A stretch of 64,000 bases of DNA from Pseudomonadota bacterium (GTDB lineage: Bacteria; Desulfobacterota; Binatia; Binatales; Binataceae), in contig JAJPHI010000014.1 in NCBI GenBank assembly GCA_021325355.1, positions 1,129-65,128 of the forward strand. Reading direction: 5' to 3'. This document shows, piece by piece, positions 59,375 to 64,000 of this stretch. The notes beneath the pieces were generated by a model, which ran no database searches, had not been told where the DNA came from, and saw only the letters and a list, made by a program, of their open reading frames with translations. Positions within the stretch are counted from its first letter, which is position 1. The number at the start of each line of letters is the position of its first letter. A program made the position numbers and the translations under genes.

Positions 59375-60561
59375 CAAACTGGAGCTGCCGGCGATGCGGC
59401 GGCGCCGAAGCCTATCTGGGCCGGATCCTTCCGGGTCTCGCGGCGCGCCATGAAGTGGCATTTCTCCACGAGCTTGATTCGGGGCCGGATCGCGAAGCGA
59501 TAGCGGCGCTCGATCGGATACCGACCTGGAACGTTTCTGAGCTCGGCGACCGCGCGCTCTCCGGATTACGCGCATGGCGCCCCGACGTGCTCTACATTCA
59601 CGGCCTTCGCGACCGCAAGCTCGAGGCGGAATTGTCAGCGATCGCACCGGCGGTGCTTTACGCCCACGATCATGTCGCTGATTGTATCAGCGGCGCCAAG
59701 GCGTTCAGCTTTCCCCATCCCCGACCGTGCGGACGTTCGCTGGGCCCGGCGTGCCTGTTGCACTACTATCCGCGTCGATGCGGCGGGCTGAGTCCGGCGA
59801 CGATGTGGCTGATGTACCAGCAGGCCAATCAGCGTCGCAACCGATTGGGTGGCTACCGTGCAATCCTGACCGCGAGCCAATACATGCGCAGCGAATATCA
59901 GGCGCTGGGTTCGGCCCCTCAGAAGATCGTGACACTTCCGCCGCCCGTCGCCGAACGCTTGCCGCGCAACGAGGGCGCGGACGACGGACCAACGGCCGCC
60001 CATGTGCAACTGCTGTTCCTTGGGCGGATGGTGCCGTTGAAGGGCGGGGAGCTGCTGATTCGCGCCGCGCCGCGAATCGCCGCTAGGCTCGGGCGTCCGG
60101 TGCGGGTGGTCATGGCTGGTGACGGCGCCGCGCGCGCGAGTTGGGCTCGACTCGGCGCGGCGGTCGCGCACCGCAATCGCGCGGTTGTCTTCGAGTTCGC
60201 CGGCTGGCTGGGCGAGGGGGCGCTCCGCCGTGTGTTTGATCGCACCGACCTCCTCGTTATGCCGAGCATCTGGCCGGAACCCTTCGGGATGAGCGGTCCC
60301 GAGGCGGCGGCTCACGGAATTCCCGCCGCCGCTTTTGCCGTGGGCGGCATCCCGGAATGGCTGCAGGACGGCGACAATGGGCATCTGGCACCCGCCGACC
60401 CGCCGGGGGCAGAAGCCCTGGCCGACGCGGTCACGCGTTGTCTCGGCGACCGCGAACATTATCGCCGGCTCCGGCAAGGCGCGTTTTGCCGCGCAGCCAC
60501 CTACGACCTCGGCGGACATCTGGGCAAACTGATCCAGGTACTTGATGAGGCGGCGAGATGA
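59359..60561 (+). CDS. Glycosyltransferase family 4 with Cys-rich insert
   Basis: GGAEAY, LGRMVPLKG, WPEPFGMSGPEA. Confidence 0.9.
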   Translation: MRIALANWSCRRCGGAEAYLGRILPGLAARHEVAFLHELDSGPDREAIAALDRIPTWNVSELGDRALSGLRAWRPDVLYIHGLRDRKLEAELSAIAPAVLYAHDHVADCISGAKAFSFPHPRPCGRSLGPACLLHYYPRRCGGLSPATMWLMYQQANQRRNRLGGYRAILTASQYMRSEYQALGSAPQKIVTLPPPVAERLPRNEGADDGPTAAHVQLLFLGRMVPLKGGELLIRAAPRIAARLGRPVRVVMAGDGAARASWARLGAAVAHRNRAVVFEFAGWLGEGALRRVFDRTDLLVMPSIWPEPFGMSGPEAAAHGIPAAAFAVGGIPEWLQDGDNGHLAPADPPGAEALADAVTRCLGDREHYRRLRQGAFCRAATYDLGGHLGKLIQVLDEAAR

Positions 60562-61757
60562 GCGGCGCGCCGGCCACGAACGCGGCGGCGCTGCGCCCGC
60601 GCGTGCTCTTTCTGGTCGAGGGCAATACGGATATTCGCTTCGTGGCGCTGTTGCAGGAGATTTGCGAGCTCACGCTCTGTGTTCCGGCGCGTGAGTTCCA
60701 CGCCAGCGGTCTCGATAACCGCATCCGCGAACTGGCACTTCCGATTCACGTGATCGCGTTCGAGGGCGGCCGCCTGAACTTTCAATGGCGCTCGCTGCGA
60801 TGGCTCTGGCGGAACGCGGGGCGCTTCGACGTGATCCTCGCGCAGGAGGCTTTGCGCGGGGCGCTCAGCGCGAACCTCGCTGGTCGGATGCGTGGCGTGC
60901 CGGTGATCACTTACGTCGGGATCGCGCCGATTCAGTATTACCGCTGTCGGCGCGAACGCGGCGAAATTGGCGCGCTCAAGGCGGCCGCCGGCGAGACCGT
61001 GATCGGCGCACTGTTATGGCTCAACGGCCGACTCGCCGCGCGATGCCTCGCGATGGGACCGTATCTGCGCGAGCTCGCGCGCCATTACTGTGCCGTAACC
61101 GAGGTGGGTCTGTATTATGGCGTCGATACCGAGCGCTTTCGTCCGGCGAGCGCGCCGGAAAGACAGGCTTTGCGCGAGCGGCTCGACCTGCCGCGCGATC
61201 GCTTCCTGGTGGTGCTGTCGAGCCGGATGAGCCACGAGAAGGATCCGGAGACGGTGATCCGCGCCGTCGCGCAGGCGCGCGCGCGGGGTCTCGATGCCGC
61301 GCTGCTCAACCTCGGCGGCGGCTGGCGCGAATTTCTCGCCCTCGCCCGTCGCCTCCGCCCTGCCGATCGCTGCGATTGGGTGATGGGCCGCCCGGCGGTG
61401 CATCCGATGCGCGAGGTTTTCGACTATTTCCGCGCTGCCGACGCGGTCGCGCTCGCCTCGTTGGCCGAAGGCGCAGCCTACTCGACGCTCGAAGCCCTGG
61501 CGTGTGCCACCCCCGTGGTGGCGACCGCGGTCGGCGGGATGGCGGTGCAACTGAACGGCTATGCCCGCCTGGTGCCGCGCCGCGACGCCGTCGCGATGGC
61601 CGACGAACTACTGTGGATCGCGCGGCATCCGCAGGAGGCACGCGGACAGGCCCTGAAGGGTCGCGAATATGTGATACGCGAGTGGGACCGGTCAAGAGCG
61701 GCCGCCGAATTGCAGCGAACCTTGCATGAAGTGGTCGGCCAACGGAGATCGCGATGA
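60558..61757 (+). CDS. Glycosyltransferase family 4
   Basis: YGVDTERF, SRMSHEKD, EGAAYSTLEALA. Confidence 0.88.
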   Translation: MSGAPATNAAALRPRVLFLVEGNTDIRFVALLQEICELTLCVPAREFHASGLDNRIRELALPIHVIAFEGGRLNFQWRSLRWLWRNAGRFDVILAQEALRGALSANLAGRMRGVPVITYVGIAPIQYYRCRRERGEIGALKAAAGETVIGALLWLNGRLAARCLAMGPYLRELARHYCAVTEVGLYYGVDTERFRPASAPERQALRERLDLPRDRFLVVLSSRMSHEKDPETVIRAVAQARARGLDAALLNLGGGWREFLALARRLRPADRCDWVMGRPAVHPMREVFDYFRAADAVALASLAEGAAYSTLEALACATPVVATAVGGMAVQLNGYARLVPRRDAVAMADELLWIARHPQEARGQALKGREYVIREWDRSRAAAELQRTLHEVVGQRRSR

Positions 61758-62941
61758 GCGCGGCGCCGTCTGTCGCTCGCGCGGGAAAGCCACGGCTGCG
61801 GGTCGCGCTGATCGCCGATTTTCGCGAAGAGAACTGGCCGAGCATGGATCGCGTTGCCACGACGCTTTACGAACGGGTGACGGCGAACCATCGCGACACG
61901 ATCGCCCTGGAGCTGATCCGACCACCGTTCGTCCGGCGCTTCAGTCGTATCAGAGCGCGCGGCACCAAAGCATATCAGGCGGACCGCGTGCTGAATCGAT
62001 TGGTCGATTATCCGCGGGTCTTGCGCCGAGTGCGCGGGCATTTCGATATTTTTCATATCGTCGATCACAGCTATGCGCACCTGGTCCATCATCTGCCCGC
62101 GGCGCGGACCCTCGTGACATGCCACGACCTCGATGCCTTCAGATGCCTCATTGAACCCCGCCGCGAGCCGCGCGGGATCCCCTTTCGCCTGATGACTCGC
62201 TGGAGCCTGAGCGGGCTCCGCCGCGCGCGTCTGATCGTGGCCAACAGCAGGACGACTTTGGCGGAACTGCTGAGGTTCGGAATCGCGCCGCCCGACCGCC
62301 TGAACGTCATTGCGTTCGGCGTTGCCGACGTGTTCAGCCCCGCTCCCGACCACGCCGCGGATGAGGAATGCCTGCGGCTTCTCGGGCCGCGCGACCCGTC
62401 GCGTCTCGCGATGCTGCATGTCGGGTTGCCGATTCCGCGCAAGCGGCTGGATCGTCTGCTGCGCATCGTCGCAGCGGTCGCGCAACGTCGGCCGGTCAGC
62501 CTGATTCGCGTCGGCGGCGCCTTGTCGCCTGAAGATCACGCTCTCGCTGTTCAACTGGGAGTGAATGATCGGGTGGTCGGCCTGCCGCGCATCGAGGATT
62601 CGGTGCTGGCGGCGGTTTACCGCCATGTCGATCTTCTCGTGCTCCCGTCCGACGCCGAAGGCTTCTGCTTTCCGCTGGCGGAGGCGATGGCCTGCGGGCT
62701 TCCGGTCATCGCCAGTGACCTGCCGGTGATGCGGGAAACGGGCGGCGATGCTGTCGAGTACGTGTCGCGGGACGACCTCGGCGCGTGGTGTGAGGCGATC
62801 GTGCGGCTGGCCGAGGAACGGCGCGATGACGGCGCGGCGTGGCGCGATCGTCGGGCGCGCGGAATGGCGCAGGCGCGACGGTTTTCCTGGGAGGCGTGTG
62901 CTGCGGCAACCGTGTCCCAGTATCAGCGGCTCGCGGGGTAG
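61754..62941 (+). CDS. Glycosyltransferase family 4 (mannosyltransferase-like)
   Basis: VTCHDL, PRKR, EGFCFPLAEAMACG, RFSW. Confidence 0.9.
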   Translation: MSAAPSVARAGKPRLRVALIADFREENWPSMDRVATTLYERVTANHRDTIALELIRPPFVRRFSRIRARGTKAYQADRVLNRLVDYPRVLRRVRGHFDIFHIVDHSYAHLVHHLPAARTLVTCHDLDAFRCLIEPRREPRGIPFRLMTRWSLSGLRRARLIVANSRTTLAELLRFGIAPPDRLNVIAFGVADVFSPAPDHAADEECLRLLGPRDPSRLAMLHVGLPIPRKRLDRLLRIVAAVAQRRPVSLIRVGGALSPEDHALAVQLGVNDRVVGLPRIEDSVLAAVYRHVDLLVLPSDAEGFCFPLAEAMACGLPVIASDLPVMRETGGDAVEYVSRDDLGAWCEAIVRLAEERRDDGAAWRDRRARGMAQARRFSWEACAAATVSQYQRLAG

Positions 62942-62944
62942 CCG

Positions 62945-64000
62945 ATGCGCGTAGTGCATCTCGGCAAGTTTTACCCAAGCCATCGCGGCGGCATCGAAAG
63001 CCATCTCGAGCTGCTATGCCGCGGGCTTGGCCGAGCGCTCGAGGTCGAAGTGATTGTCGCCAACGGTTCGAACACGACCGTGGTTGAGGATGATCGCGGG
63101 GTTGCGGTGCGCCGCCTTGCCTGTATCGGCAACTTTCGCAGCGCGCCGCTCTGCCCGACGATCGTGCGGGAGATCAGGCGGGTTCGCGCTGACCTCATCC
63201 ATCTGCACATGCCGAATCCGCTCGTCGCCATCGCGTTCCTGCTCAGTCGCAACGCGGCGCCGCTGATTGTCAGTTGGCACAGCGATATCGTGCGCCAGCG
63301 TCTGCTCGGCCGCCTGATCGCGCCGCTCCAGCGTATCGTCGTCGGGTGCGCCGCCGCTCTGATTGCGAGTTCGCCCAATTACCTTGACGGTTCGCCGACG
63401 CTGGCGTCCAATCGTTCGCGGGTTCAGGTAATTCCCTACGGGATTGACCAACGGGAGTTTGCCCGTCCGCATGATTACTCGGCGGTTGCGGCAATTCGCC
63501 GTCGCTATGGTGAGCGGATCGTGCTCGCGGTCGGGCGCCTCGTCTATTACAAAGGTTTCGATTACCTGATTCGTGCGATGCGCGAGGTTGACGGACGGCT
63601 CCTGATTGTCGGCGAGGGCCCGTTGCAGGCGTCCCTGAAGGAGGCCGCAGCCGCCGCCGATGTCAGCGATCGCGTGCACTTCCTCGGCGACCTCGATCGT
63701 CCCGCGCTGATCGATCATTACCACGCCGCGGACATCTTCACGCTGCCGTCGATCGCGCGGAGTGAAGCCTTTGGGATCGTTCAGCTCGAGGCGATGGCGG
63801 CGGGCAAGCCGATAATCAACACGCGGCTCGATTCCGGGGTGCCGTTCGTCTCGCGCGACGGCGAGACCGGTTTGACGGTCGAAGCGCGGTCGGCGCCGGC
63901 ATTGGCGCAGGCTTTGAATCGACTCTTTGCGAATCCCGAACTGCGCGCGCGCTTTGGCGCGGCGGCGGCGCAGCGCGTTGCCCGCGAATTCAATGCAGAG
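62945..64000 (+). CDS. Glycosyltransferase family 4, truncated by the window end
   Basis: Absent from the ORF track (no stop in window); my translation from ATG 62945 gives MRVVHLGKFYPSHRGGIE...HLHMPNP...VGRLVYYKG...SEAFGIVQLEAMA. Confidence 0.9.
   Translation, partial: MRVVHLGKFYPSHRGGIESHLELLCRGLGRALEVEVIVANGSNTTVVEDDRGVAVRRLACIGNFRSAPLCPTIVREIRRVRADLIHLHMPNPLVAIAFLLSRNAAPLIVSWHSDIVRQRLLGRLIAPLQRIVVGCAAALIASSPNYLDGSPTLASNRSRVQVIPYGIDQREFARPHDYSAVAAIRRRYGERIVLAVGRLVYYKGFDYLIRAMREVDGRLLIVGEGPLQASLKEAAAAADVSDRVHFLGDLDRPALIDHYHAADIFTLPSIARSEAFGIVQLEAMAAGKPIINTRLDSGVPFVSRDGETGLTVEARSAPALAQALNRLFANPELRARFGAAAAQRVAREFNAE

Overview
Gene-dense, very high-GC bacterial chromosomal segment from a diderm organism (TolC, Wza, Wzm/Wzt). 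The gene style resembles Candidatus Binatota or deltaproteobacteria-like lineages, but this taxonomy is an unverified impression. I saw no rRNA, tRNA, CRISPR array, transposase or prophage. The 1-34 kb region is mixed housekeeping: an Rrf2 regulator, amgK-murU peptidoglycan recycling, a perfect parS palindrome (suggesting an origin-proximal position), ABC-F, SDRs, MFS, a HemJ-like gene, a glyoxylate aminotransferase divergent from glcDEF, asd, aroA, nadE, ilvD, TolC, an orphan NorD/CbbO-like VWA protein, an M16 peptidase pair, an F420-dependent Ddn-family reductase and pstSCAB with a four-repeat Pho box. The 34-42 kb region holds a PlcP-like metallophosphoesterase coupled to an MGDG-synthase-like glycosyltransferase (divergent from pstS), then a DsbA-like protein, gor, nagZ, apbC and a GT2. 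The 42-64 kb region is a large surface-polysaccharide operon mixing Wza/Wzc/Wzy-like and Wzm/Wzt export, with an O-antigen-ligase-TPR fusion, GT9, FkbM and nine GT4-like genes; it runs off the window end. The most interesting signals are a candidate sigma54-driven two-hairpin small RNA at about 29.2-29.3 kb, a putative phosphate-starvation lipid-remodelling module, the hybrid polysaccharide system, and two genes that seem to need non-canonical start codons. All calls come from reading motifs by eye; no searches were run.
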